A program made the translations under genes and the position numbers. From the NCBI RefSeq assembly GCF_000143415.4, contig NW_003314268.1, forward strand, positions 3,480,559-3,544,558: 64,000 nucleotides of DNA, written 5' to 3'. This document shows, one piece after another, positions 13,301 through 25,949 of this stretch (position 1 is its first letter; each line of letters starts with the position of its first letter). The notes below the pieces were generated by a model. That model searched no databases and had not been told where the DNA came from. It was given only the letters and a program-made list of their open reading frames with translations. This DNA is from Selaginella moellendorffii (lineage: Eukaryota; Plantae; Lycopodiophyta).

Positions 13301-14148
13301 TCAGTTTTCTCCTGGCAGCATTGTCATTGTTTGGAGGGTGAGCATGCCGTTGCTTGACACTGCTCTGGAAGACGAATGGAATCGTGCAGGTCCTTATCCA
13401 ATGCTGCCACCAGGTGCCGAAGGCAGAATGATTCTGCAGAGCTTAAGGGAACAGTTTTTCTGCTCACAGATCCGTGCACAGGTAAATAAGCACATAATAG
13501 ACGTGAAATACTTTTTATTTCAGGGAGAGGATTTCCTGGACGAGCGTAATCTAGATAAAACAACTCCACTGGAGCAGCTTCCCGACATTCTACGTTCGGT
13601 GGGGGTTTATCCATCAAATTCATACATTCGCGACATACTTCACGAAATCGCTCTCCCCTCGTGAGTGCACTGCTTTTGCTTCTCTGCCTGTTTGTAACGC
13701 TCGTTTTGTCCCCGGCCAGCGAGCGAGCCAAGCAGACACCGCCAAACAGCCTCGACTTTGAGAGCTTTGTGACGCTCTACGCAAACCACAAGTCGATGAT
13801 CGAGTACAATGCGTCACTCTTTCAAGTTGCTTTCAACGTAAGTGATTTTGGTACACCAGCTTCCAAAGCTTATCTACGATCTTCGCAGATCCTCGGAGCT
13901 GATCTATCGACGGGAAAGTTCTCTCGAGACACCCTGTTTACACTCCTTCAAACGGAGGGAGAACCTCTTTCAAAGTACGTAGTGTTGAATTTGCCTCTTC
14001 GTTTCTAGATTGGATCAAAAACTTTCGTTTTGACAGGGAAGAGCTCCAAAAATGCGTGGATGTTTGCATGGGCGAGGCGATCGACCTCCAATCGCTACCA
14101 AAGGAAATCAATGGCTCAGTATTTGTTGACACGATACTGGGCCTCTAG
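10317..14148 (+). CDS. CFAP251: Cilia- and flagella-associated protein 251 (WDR66), WD40 repeats plus C-terminal EF-hand-like region
   Basis: ILQGHIHQIKCL..IISADCGPDAAIIIWDS, EQFFCSQIRAQG..LPDILRSVGVYPS and FVTLYANHK match WDR66 hallmark segments; over 20 short introns. Confidence 0.88.
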
Positions 14149-14306
14149 CCTGTAAATTTTTCCCGACCCCATGCATGTCATACGAGCGTGGCACTGACAC
14201 GTGTCGCGACATGAATTAAATTCAAGAAAACGAGAGAGAGATTAGGGTTTTGAGAGATGCAGCTCCGCGATTGCGCGGCGCTCGCGGATGTGTGAGCGAT
14301 CGATCG

Positions 14307-17262
14307 ATGGCTGTGCTGTCCAGGGGCAAGAGTTTGGTGGAGAATATCATGGCCGATAGCACCATGAGGAGCCTGTTTGGGGCAATCGGCAGCAAGGCGA
14401 CATCGCCCCAGGCCCAGCAAGTGAAATTGGAGCACAGTCCATCAGGTACTCGCAAATGGATCAAGGAGCTCTCGCCTCTAGCCAATGTTGTTGTGGGACG
14501 TTGTGCGAGGCAAGTGGAAGCGAAAAAAAATCTCTTTTTTTTTCAAGGCTGATCTTGGTCCTGTAGGATCCTTCTCCTCGAGATCGATGATCTCAAGCGG
14601 AGCTTCGAAGAGGAAGCTCCGCTGCCGGCAAAGACGCCCGGAAGATATGCTCGAAACTTTCTCGAGTACTGCTCCTTTCGAGCTCTGTCGGTGGCGACGC
14701 AGACCTCGGATCATCTGAGTGACAAGGAGTTTCGCCGTCTAAGTTTCGATATGATGCTCGCGTGGGAAGCTCCCGGAGCTGCGAATAAGCCCACTGTTAA
14801 GGTGAGTGTTGTCTCCAGCAGCTACACGTAAGCATAGAGAGCATCTAGATCATGAAACTGGACCAGAAGGATCAAGCATTGCGATAGCTTCGCATCAGGT
14901 ACGATTCACGTAGTTTTATCAAGCTGCATCTTTTATCATGCAGTGTAGGATTTCTCAGTGTAGATAGACTAGTCTAGTCTGTAGAAGCTTAGAGGGGGTG
15001 AAGTTCGTGCTAATAGCTTCACCCCCAATGGCAGAAGGATAAGGAACAAGGAATCATGGCTGGCGACAAGGATGAGGAAGACTCGGCGCTCTTTTATTCC
15101 GATCTGATGCCTATGATGGTCTTCTTTCTTCCACTCTTATACTTCAGCTTAGCATGGGAAGTTTTCCTTGGGAGAGGTAGACTTAGCAACGAAAAAGAAA
15201 GGGGTCTTCATTTTATTGGTGGCTATCTGATAGATGTCTGATTTCGTTCTCTTGCGTTTCTTACAAGAATTCTAGTGCTGGCTTACAGGTTGATGTCGAG
15301 AGTACTGTTGGCCCCGACGCATTCTGCCGGTTAGCTCCAGCCATGCCGGTGGTAGCAGACATGATCACAGTACACTGCCAGTTTGATGCACTCACTGCTA
15401 CCACCGGGGGGCGGCTGCCTTTCCCTGTATATGACAAGTACATTGGAGAGCTGGACAAGTATGTCGGTGCTGGTTTTCTTAGTTTCTGTAGTTAAGCTTT
15501 TATGTTTTCTTTTTTCTTCCTCCAGAACGATCAAGTCTATGAAAAATCTGGCAACACCTTCACTCGTTTCGAATCTGCGTCTATCAAAAGGAGAGATGAT
15601 CATAGATGTGGATGGGACAGTCACAACTCAGCCAGTTCTTCAGCATATTAATATGTCAACTTGGCCGGGTAGGAACTCTCTGTGTTTGATGATGAGGGAT
15701 CTTATGTGTTGCTCTGTGCAGGACGGCTGACTTTGACAGATCGAGCATTGTACTTCGAAGCAGCAGGAGTTGTATCTTATGATGCACCTAAAAAGTACGA
15801 TTTATCTGTTGATCTCCACCATACTGTGAAACCAGACTTGACTGGGCCTTGGGGAGCTCGGCTTTTTGACAAGGCGATTACCTATAAGTCGGAGAACTTG
15901 TAAGTCATATTCAGTTTCTACGTTGTATCATCCTGATGGTAAAGTATCACAACAGGTCGGACCCCGTGGTGATAGAATTTCCCGAGTTGACGGGCCACTC
16001 TCGTCGCGATTACTGGCTAGCGATTGTTCGTGAGGTTATCATGGCTCATCAGTTCATAAGGTCATCTAGTCTGGAAGGTGTTGGACGGTCAGAAGCCCGT
16101 GCCAGAGCTGTTTTGGGATGTGGACGTCTTCGTGCGACTAAGGAAGCTTACCATATGCTTCCGAGAAATCCCGAAGCCTTACTCACTTTTTCGCTGACGG
16201 AGGAACTACCTGGCGGAGACATGGTTCTAGAGGCACTAGCAGAGCGTCTGAAGAGAGCCGCAGAGGGAGAAAACGAGATTTCTCGAGAGAGTCGAGGCTC
16301 TCGAATCTTCTCCAGTGCTGCCGTGACCGAACTTTCAGCTCTGGGAACGGATGCTTACAAGGACGCTGGAATCCCCGTGGGAGAAGTGCTGATTGGCGAC
16401 TACACTCAGCTGGAAAAGGCTGTTCAGCAGGCTCGAAGCAGTTCTAGAAAAGTTGAACTGGCGCAGTCTACGATCGAAGGCGTGAGAGTTGAGGGAATCG
16501 GTACCAATGTCGCTATTATGAAGGTACCTCCATTATTTTCTCTTTTCTCTTTCTCTTACACGTTTCTGCAACTACAGGAGCTAAGTATTCCTGCTGTAAA
16601 CTTCGTAAATTGGCTTCAAGATGTCGCTTCATGGAGGGAGCCATTCAAGGCAGCAATGTTTTGTCTGCTCTTCTCGTATATATTTTATAGGTGAGTTTTT
16701 TTTTCGCTCGTGGCGTCGCCGTGCTAAAAATCCGTCCTTGCAGAGATTGGGTCCGATACCTTCCACCGCTTCTCCTCCTCGTCATCGTCTTGTACATCCT
16801 CTGGCTGCGCTACAGCTCCAAAGGCAAACGGGACCACGAGATTGTCGTCCCCATACCACCAGGCCAAAGCACACTGGAGCAACTCATGGCGCTGCAGCAA
16901 GCAATATCGCAGCTGGAGGGCGTGATTCAAGCGGCAAACATCTTCCTCTTGAAGGTTCGCGCCTTGCTTCTCTCGGCTCAACCAGAGGTAAGCTTCAGAG
17001 TTTCATACCCATGGGCGGTAACTTCCGATTTTCTCCACAGGCGACCGATCAAGTATTAGCAATTCTGGGAGGACTGGCGCTGGTTCTAGCGGCGCTGCCA
17101 CTCCGGTGGATCGCCCTCGCCGTGTTCTTGGACATCTTCACGAGGCAAATGCACGTACGTCGCGAGAGCTCCGAGCGATTTAACAGGAGAATGAAAGAGT
17201 GGTGGAACAGCATTCCCGTTGTTCCTGTGCGAGTTGCGGACGAGCACGATCATCAGTCGTAG
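14307..17262 (+). CDS. Plant DUF639 membrane protein (multi-exon)
   Basis: LSPLANVVVGRCARIL, YARNFLEYCSFRAL, WPGRLTLTDRALYFEA, KPDLTGPWGARLFDKA, RRDYWLAIVREV, EWWNSIPVVPV. Confidence 0.92.
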
Positions 17263-17912
17263 CTACAAAAACGAAGAAACTCTCGAGCAAAGAAAGATCT
17301 CCAGGTAAGCCAAAAGATCGAAGTGAAGTCTGTAAATCCCATTTCCATTCGTAAGCCTCTAGGCGGTTAAGTTTAGTATCGGGAAAGAAAAAAAAAAGTA
17401 ATAAAAGGTAAGAGGAATTCTAGCCGGAGATTTGTGCGGCTTGCATTTTTTGGTTCGCGAAAGCACACTCAAGACATACATTTCTTAACAAAGGTGTATA
17501 GGAGAAATACGATCACTCCTTTTGGGGGGATGGCGGAAGCGATCCATCTTACCTAGTGTTTTGACAGTGCGACAGGGGTGCAACATCGTGAATGTCCATA
17601 AAATCTTTTCAATAAGAAAAATTACCTCATGGTTCAATACCATTATAGCTGTCAAGGTTAATGTAATTCCTTGCAGCCAATCCGTTGGTAGGACTCATTT
17701 CCACACTTTCTGCTGGAGATCCAAAAGTATTGTACCTCTTCTGCCCCAGCCAGTCCTGGTTTTGGAGGAGTAGAAAACAAAAGCAAGCAAGCATTCTTCA
17801 AGCAATTCCACCATCACTGCTCTAGTGTTTAAAGTATTAAGCGAACGTACAATACCGTACAATAGACAAAAAGTCTCTATGACTTGACTAAATACATTTT
17901 TTGAAGGGAGTC

Positions 17913-19241
17913 TTAATTGCAGGAAACAGCTTGGATTGAGTCTCTGAGCAATCGTATTCTTAACTTGGAACCGTCGCCATGTTGTGTACATCTCCTTGAC
18001 TGCACCGCAGAGGCCCTCGGTTGTACCCCTCTGTCCAAACGTTCCTGCAGAATGGAGCACGAGGACGCCCTCAACTTGTTTAGAAGTTGTTCATCAGGAA
18101 CGCCCGCCACTTCGAGAGCTCGTAATGCTGGACACTGCTTGACAAGTGAAGCCAGCATCTCCTCCAGCCCCGAGCCTTTGTTGTCTTCGATGTAGATTTT
18201 TGTCAGCTTGTAACATGGAAGCTCGACCTCGTGGCTGGAGAACAACTGATCCGTCTCGGAACACTTCCACGGATGGCAATCGCAACATCCACTTATTGTC
18301 AGCTCCTTGCATTCCCTCAGCTGCGGCAATACCAGTATCAGCTTGGCAACCTTGTGCGCACAATATCCTCCTGTCAGGCATCCATGGCTTTTCAGCCTTA
18401 CGCACGCAAAGTGTCTCCTGTCCACAGCTGCAGCCGTTCGAAATCCAGACGAGTAGAGATCTAGACTCTGCAGTGGGCTGCCTAGGTCCAAGCTAACAAG
18501 CTCTTGGCAAGAACCAAGTGAGAGACGCTTGAGACGCGGAGCTTTCAGCTCCAGCTTCATGCAATCACCTACAAAAGCAGCCTCCAGATCTGGAAAGTCC
18601 AACTTAAAATCCCCGCCAGCTTCTGCCTCCAGCCGCAACTCTCTCAACCTTGCTGAGCGCAATAATCCATTGAACCCAAACATCTCCGCCTCCAGCCTTT
18701 CCAGCCTTGGACACGAATCCAGAAGCTGCTGAAGCTCAACACCAACGACCTTCTTGAGCATGCAGCAAGTGAGGGCCGGAAATGACAGCGCCAGCATCCT
18801 CTCAGTGCTCCCACAGCCATGTCTCGCCATCTCACGAACCTCAACCCTGGCTAGAGACATGTATTTGAGCTTAGAACACTTGAAAAGGCACCCCAGATCA
18901 AAGGGCTTGTCTGGTTCCAACACGCCACCATCTATAGTGATCTCCTCGAGTCTGTCGCTTAAACCCACCAGCCACGAGTAATCACTGCCCAAATACATGT
19001 CGATGCTAAGCCTCCGGATCCGACCCAGCTCGAGACCTCCTCCTTGGAAAGCCGGCCACTCCAGTGGGCAGTCGATCGACACATCCAGTCCAACCTCCTT
19101 ACCAACTCGATTCCACCTCTTACAAACCAAGCAGTACCCGGCATAGTCCTTGCCACCTTTGTTACTCACGCGCGAGAGGATATCATATAAAACTTCATCC
19201 GGCAGCCTCTCGATTGCGCTCCTGACCTTTTTCGCTTCCAT
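17913..19241 (-). CDS. F-box/LRR-like protein, single exon
   Basis: N-terminal F-box IERLPDEVLYDILSRV...CLVCKRWN followed by degenerate LRR-like repeats (CPRLERL, APRLKRLSL, CPALRAL). Confidence 0.85.
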   Translation of the reverse strand: MEAKKVRSAIERLPDEVLYDILSRVSNKGGKDYAGYCLVCKRWNRVGKEVGLDVSIDCPLEWPAFQGGGLELGRIRRLSIDMYLGSDYSWLVGLSDRLEEITIDGGVLEPDKPFDLGCLFKCSKLKYMSLARVEVREMARHGCGSTERMLALSFPALTCCMLKKVVGVELQQLLDSCPRLERLEAEMFGFNGLLRSARLRELRLEAEAGGDFKLDFPDLEAAFVGDCMKLELKAPRLKRLSLGSCQELVSLDLGSPLQSLDLYSSGFRTAAAVDRRHFACVRLKSHGCLTGGYCAHKVAKLILVLPQLRECKELTISGCCDCHPWKCSETDQLFSSHEVELPCYKLTKIYIEDNKGSGLEEMLASLVKQCPALRALEVAGVPDEQLLNKLRASSCSILQERLDRGVQPRASAVQSRRCTQHGDGSKLRIRLLRDSIQAVSCN

Positions 19242-19469
19242 TAGAATGACCTTATTTTTTTCTTTCAATACCTATGCCTACGTTGAAACCGTGTTCGATT
19301 CTAGCCACCGGAACAAAATCGATCTTTTCGCCGGGCAATCTACAACCGTTGGATTCATCGAGCACTTATCTCTCATAAGAAGCTGCATAACCGGGTGAGA
19401 GAAGAGCCAGGTTTTGGTGTAGGAGGCCTCCCTGCGACGCATGTTTTGCAACGCGGCTGTACCTGCGTC

Positions 19470-21178
19470 AAGTTACACGTTAGCTCCGGATAGTTTTGCA
19501 ATTGTATAGAGGACCTTGCTAGGAACGACAGGCCTTGATGTTTTGTTGCTCCCGAGCCAACCAATGATACCATCAAAATGCTGGCACGGGAACAGAAGCG
19601 TTAAAAGTGTGATGAACACCAGCAGCCTGGACGACAACAAAACGCGAGTGAGAACTCCACTAACCCTGGCGATGGCTGACTAGGAGAGCTTCAAGCATTG
19701 CCATGTGGGCAAGCCGCGAGGTAAACAGGTCGATGAAGAAAGAAAGAGGATATACCTGCCAAGTTAAGCAGTGCGAAGACAGTATCAAGCCGCCTATCCC
19801 TTTTGCTATGAGGAGATCATCATCATGCATCCTTTCCTCTTAGAAGCTATGTTACCTAAGACCTGCACCCAACAAATTATCATACTAAATAATCATACTG
19901 AGCACCACTATAGCAGAAAGCCCTCTGTGCCATCGTGGTTTTCTGGTGCTAAGTATGATTATTTAGTGTCGAATTCTCACACTTCTTCCTTATAGATTCT
20001 CTTTTTCGCGCTCGACAGCAAACTTGGCCTGCACAGCTTAGTTCCCAAACAGGAAGAAACCTGATCCGCAGCAAAGGGAGCCCAAGAATTTTGGACGACG
20101 TTGAATCTGCAGCAAGCATATGACGCGGCCGAGTTAATCGCTGCAAACAGTGAATGAGCTTGCTGGAAACCATGTAAACATACCTTGTGGAGCATAAGAA
20201 GTATGATGACCATGATGTTGAAAAGAAACGAGTTCACGAGCGTGCCTTGGTACCTACAGTTTCATTAAAAAGAAAAGCACTACATTCTAGGAATTCACGC
20301 TTAGAAATGGCATCGACAGCAAGTACCCCAAGAAGACTTGGTTGAGAAACGTAAATATTTCGTACCCGAGAATGCCAAAACAAGCTTGAACTGTAAGAGC
20401 CCAGGATGTGTCTGCCCAGCAGTGGAATCACCACAGAAGAAACTTAATAGAAAAACTACAAAGGTACCTTCTCCCTCCGTGGGAATGCCTGGTTCAGAGC
20501 TCGAGCATCGTCTCCAAAAACGGCAAGCTCCTGAATCGAACTCACCATGTTTTTCCGTTTCTGTGCGCAGTGGCCCTTGGATTCACATTTTTCCGAAACT
20601 TCCGTCCTTTCTTCCCACCTCTCTCTTCGCGTTGGAGAGCTTGCCTCAATCAGTCGCCTCCTGCAAAGCCATCACCTTGAAGAAACGAAAACAGAATCGA
20701 TGCAAATACCTTTACGTATTGAGTCTGTTTTTGGTGAAAGCAAATATGAGGTCCATTCCTACACCTCCAAAGAACATGTACAGAAGGCCTTTTCAAGTTA
20801 CCGTGAGACTATTGATGCGTAAGTCGGGAAACATCCACACACACACCACGTTGTTTTCACCAGAGATCCAGAACGTAAAGGCTGCACACTGTCACACAAC
20901 ATTGCCAGATCAATGAAGGAATAAAAGGCTTACCAACATTGGAAGATAGAGCAGGAAACAAGCACGGAGCCGCATAGCCAATCACAGCTTCAAGCAATCA
21001 CGTAAAAAAGAGTTTAAGAACGAAAGATGGAGAAGAGCTCCTTACCATATAGACTGTGAGGAGTAGCGCTCTTTTATCCTGGAAAACCACAAAGAAGGAA
21101 GAAAGGTTTTTTAGATCGTGGAGGAAGAGAAACTTAAGAAACTCTACAGTCGATCGGGAGCGAGAGGCTCTTCTCCAT
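19470..21178 (-). other. Possible multi-exon transcription unit with no recognisable product
   Basis: Repeated GT(A/G)AG donors and pyrimidine-rich ..AG acceptors at Selaginella-like spacing on the minus strand; ATG at 21178; no known protein motif could be assembled. Confidence 0.3.
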
Positions 21179-21295
21179 AACCAGCGGCAATTGGCAACCC
21201 TGGAAATTCTTCTCTTTTCTTTAGAAACGCGAGGTGTGATGTGATCTCAGGTGGGAGCATGTTTGCAAGAGCATTCGCAACGTAGCCTAGTCATG

Positions 21296-22248
21296 CACTT
21301 TTTCGCTGACGGAGGAGACATGGTTCTAGAGGCAGCAGAGCCGCAGCTCTCGACAAGGACGCTCGCGGGAGAGGTGGTGATTGGCGACTACACTCAGCTG
21401 GAAAAGGCATCGAAGGCGTGAGAGTTGAGGGAATCGGTACCAATGTCGCTCTCATGAAGGTACCTCCATGATTTTTCTCTCTTATACGTTTCTGCAACTA
21501 CAGGAGCTAAGTATTCCTGCTGTAAACTGTGGGAGGGAGCCACTCAAGGCAGCAATGCTTTGTCCGCTCTTCTCGTATATACTTCATAGGTCATTTTTGT
21601 TTTCCACTCGTGGCATGAGTCGCTGTGCTATTAATCCATGCGGAGATTGGGTCCGATATCTTCCACCGCTTCTTCTCCGTGTCATCGTCTTGTACATTCC
21701 CTGGCTGCGCTACAGCTCTAAAGGCAAACGGGACCACGAGATCGTCGTCCCACCACCAGCCAAAGCACACTAGTACTGCCGGTGTGATCCAAGCGGCAAA
21801 CATCTTCCTCTTGACGATTCGCGCCTCGGCTCCAGAGTTTCATGGGTGTTGACTTTTTTCTCTACAGGCGGCCGATCAGCGATTCTGGGAGGACTGCCGC
21901 TGGTTCTAGCGGTGCTGCCACTCCGCTGGATCGCCCTTTTGGTGTTCTTGGATATGCAAATGCACGTACGAAGCGAGAGCTCACTGAAAGAGCGGTGGAA
22001 CAGCATTCCCGTTGTTTCTGTGCGAGTTGCGGACCAGCACGATCATCAGTCGCAGCTCCAAAGACGAAGAACTCTCCAAAAGAGACAGAAGAAATCCCAT
22101 TTCCATTTAGTCTAGTATCGGGAATCGAACCAGGTACCCATAGTTTTTGGAAAAAGTAATAAAGGGTAAGAAGAAGAGATTCGAGCCCGAGATTTGTGCG
22201 TGCGCAGTGTTATAGCCGAGGAAGACCCACAGCTTGCATTTTTTTGTT
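21296..22248 (+). pseudogene. Deletion-eroded duplicate of the 3' part of the DUF639 gene (introns and 3' UTR included)
   Basis: Co-linear blocks identical or near-identical to 16184-17452, with many short deletions and stops. Confidence 0.95.
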
Positions 22249-22494
22249 TTTCTAGGGTTTGTGGAGATCAAGGCAATGTCTTGAAATGGCGGCCTCGTTG
22301 CGCGTGGCAGATCTTAGGGCGTCTCGAGGAGCGTGGATCCGAAGGCGCTAAGCGCGCCGTCGCTCTCTTTCTGGCGCGGTCGCCTCTTCCTTTGTCATCG
22401 GCTACAGTGGGGCGCCATTGACTCTCTCTGCCAGGGGCTAGGTTTTCTCGCGTGATGCCGGAGGGGAGCTGACGCAGTGCGCGGCGGGGGAGCA

Positions 22495-25419
22495 ATGGCG
22501 AGCCGGGTCAAGGAGCAAGAGAAGAACGAGAAGATTATCCGGGGCCTCACCAAGCTCGCGGAGAATCGCAAATGCATCAACTGCGGAAGCCTGGTATGTC
22601 TCAGATTCCTTGCTACTGCAGGAAATTTTGTCTTGTTGAAGCGGATCTGTGGCTCACGAAGGGTTTCTCGCTGTTTTTCAGGGTCCTCAGTATGTCTGCA
22701 CGAATTTCTCTGTGTTTGTGTGCACTACTTGCAGCGGGATCCAGTAAGTGTGAATTTCTTCCCATTTTTTTTCTTCATCCTTGCATTGCTGTGTTTTGCA
22801 GCCGGGAATTCACTCACCGGGTAAAGTCGATCTCCATGGCGACTTTCACTCCAGCGGAAGTGTCTGCTTTGCAAGCTGGTGGCAATCAAGTAAGAGAAAC
22901 TGTTTTAAACAGACACTTGCGCTTATGATGCTTTGTATTTTGCCAGCGTGCACGAGAAACTTATCTCAAGGAGTGGGATTCATCACGGCAGTCTCTGCCA
23001 GATACAAGGTTGCAGAGATCTTAATAGCTGTCCTAGTGTTTGATCTGTTTGTTTTTCAGCAACCCAGACAAGCTTCGGGATTTTATCAGAGCTGTGTATG
23101 TGGATAAAAGGTTTTCTGGGGACAGAAGAGGACGATTGGTAAGAATGCTTTTTGTCTTTGTGCTGCATTTTTTTAATTCCATTTGTCTCAAACGTATAGA
23201 GTGATGGAGAAGATACATTTGACTCTCGCAAACAGCAGCCGGATCGCTCCAGATATGGTCAGAGTCCCTCGTACGATGATCGCAATGACGACCGCCGGTA
23301 CACTAACAGACCAGTATCTCGTGGTTCAGACCGGGGTTTTGATGACAAGATGAGTCCTGCCAGGTTTGATGAGCGTGATAGATACGAGAAGGGCTACCAG
23401 GCTGACAAGGATAGGGACAGGGATAGAGATAGACGGTATGACGAGAAAGACAGGCGTTTTGATGATCGTGATCGACGGTATGAGGACAGAGATAGAAACT
23501 ATGATGACCGGGATGGTGGGAGGCGCTATGATGATAGAGATCGGCGATATGATAGACGATACGACGAGCGAGAGCGGAGATACGATGATCGGAGATACGA
23601 AGAACGAGACCGGAGATATGATGAACGAGAACGTTATGAAGATCAAAGGAGGGGGGATGATAACCGCAGATCATCGGAGGACCTTGACAAACGATTCAAT
23701 CGACCGCCTAGTTATAGGGGTGGAGAAACTCCTCCTATGCGATCTGTCAGAGACATCTTGGGAGACGACGTGCCAAAACTACGAGTGGAAGATGGCTCAC
23801 GCTCGAACGGACGAGCGGAAGATAACACCGAAAGTCCTCATTCCGTCAGCAGCTCACAGGTAATCACTCGTATTTCTGACTCTTGTACTGATTTGTTTTG
23901 TTGGTAGCAGGGCGATGGGCGTTTGCGTTCGTTCAAGTCTTTGGATGGGATGGGCAATGGAACTCCAAAAGCAGCTGTAGCTGCTCCTCAGCCAGCCATT
24001 TCGGAGAGCTTGATAGACTTCAGTGCGGACTCAGAGCCTCCGAAAGCTGACACAACCACAGCTACAGGGTTTGATCCTTTTGCTGAGCCTCCAAAACCAA
24101 ACACAGCATTTGATCCCTTTGCCACGACTACTGCGGAGCCTCCGAAACAAAATGCACCTTTTGACCCTTTTGCTACGTCTGGGCCTCCGAAATCTAGCCA
24201 AAACGTGCCGTTCGATCCCTTTGCTACGTCTCAGCAGCCCGCCCTCGTAACTTCCTCCAGTGATGGATGGGCCTCTTTCGATTTATCTCCTCCTAAAGTC
24301 CCCGCAGCACCTCCGGCTCCTACAGATTTTTTCCAAGTAATGGACGTCCCAGTCCCGGTACAGGGAAAGTCGACTGGAGGATGGACTAATCCGCCACCAA
24401 ATGGTTTTCAGAGTTCGCAGCCAGTCCAGAGTTTCCAGCCAGTCCAGCCAGTCCAGAGCTTCCAGCCAGTTCAGAGTTTTGAACCAGTTCAGGTAAGGCA
24501 ATTTCTCGCGAACAAAGTTTCTAACGGGCTTGTCACCCAGGAAACATGGAGCGCTCAGCCGCCGCAACAGCGCCAGCCTCAGCCACCTCCACCTCAAGCA
24601 CCAGTGGTTAATGGATTACAACAACAGAGGCGTGAAATTGCAGAGGTACTTCCAAATATTTCTTGCAACTTTAGCTAGCTAAGTTCGTTTGTTTTTCGGC
24701 AGGATCTTTTCTTCTCGCCGCAAATGCCTCCCTACAATGTAGGAGGAATGCATATGCAGATGAGATATCCCCCACCTCCACAACCTCAACCACACCATTT
24801 TGGAGCAGGCATGCCGCCGGTATGCGTATCAAAATTCAGTTTGTGCTCGTGTTGATGAATTTGCTCCAGGGAGCCATGCCTTACGCTCAACAACCTGCAA
24901 GAACGAAAAGCAATCCGTTTGATCTGCCTGGCGATCCCAGTCAAAGCGTACGTTAAGTTGGCTCTTACTGGCTGTGACAAAGCGGGATTTATCTTACAGT
25001 TTCCAAGCATGGCTCCTCTCCAATCTGCTTTACCTGGCTTCAACCAAGGCCCCGTAGGTGCTCCACCACCACACTGGCAGCAGCCGGGAATGGCTCCTCC
25101 TCCGTCACTTCTGCCATCGTTTCCGCCATCATCTTTCCCTCCATCGATGCAAGGCAAGAGAGAATGGCTAGCTCTGTTTTCCGGGATCTAAGTGTTTCAA
25201 ATACCTTTGTGTTTAGGTGCTGGAGGATTTCCTCCGCAGCAAATGCCTGGTCATATGATGCCACCACCTCCGTAAGTCGTCTTTCACAAGCTAGAAACTC
25301 TCTTATCTCGTTCTTCTCTTTTCAGGCAAGCTCGCGGGGGGTTTGGAAACCCGCAAGGCTTCATGAACGGCGGTGCTTTCCCCGTGCAACCCGCGGCCGG
25401 GGGAAATCCATTTGGTTAG
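22495..25419 (+). CDS. AGD14: ArfGAP of the AGD14/AGFG (HRB-like) class
   Basis: MASRVKEQEKNEKIIRGL..ENRKCINCGSLGPQYVC..CTTCSGIHREFTHRVKSISMA; RD-rich region; FDPFA x4, SNPFD, terminal GGNPFG*. Confidence 0.93.
23405..23660 (+). repeat. Coding tandem repeat for a mixed-charge (D/E)RRY(D/E)(D/E)R region
   Basis: Roughly 21-nt units encoding DRRYDER/DRRYDDR inside the ArfGAP gene. Confidence 0.85.
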
Positions 25420-25949
25420 AGCGCGACGATCGACGAGCGACGCAAGCAATACATATATAATCAACGAACGCATCGGTTAGTGAGTGACTTGGAAGAGAGT
25501 GTGAGAGGGAATGAGAGCGCGAGAGAGTGAGCGACGAGTAAGAGAAAGCGTTTGAGAGACTCTCTGCGAGAGGCCATCTCTTTTGTGGAATAACGTGAGA
25601 GCTATTTGCTTGTTTATTTCTTCTATGTAGGTGGAGGAAAGAGATTGGAACCAAAGAGAGCTCTCTAGCTCCAAAAATTCCAGTCTGGTTCCTCCATTTA
25701 CTACCTTTACAAAAGCAACGAAGAAGATTCTATGAAGACGAAAAAGATATCCATGGGATCTTTATGCATGGCCGCTCTCCACGTGGCATAAATTTCTTTG
25801 CAAAATATTCCCAGGGCTATGAGGCGGCACTGCGATCGATCGGTGCGCTCCTCCTCTTCGCGCTCTCGGTGAGTCTCTTGCTCGATCGAGGAAACGTGAT
25901 CTTAGTGGCTACATTTTTCCAGCTGAAATCCCCTCGAGGCGCGCGAGAA

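Noticed and set aside
22119-22131. GGGAATCGAACC (reverse B-box) as a tRNA or SINE
   Set aside because: No A-box or cloverleaf nearby; it lies within the DUF639 duplicate's 3' UTR
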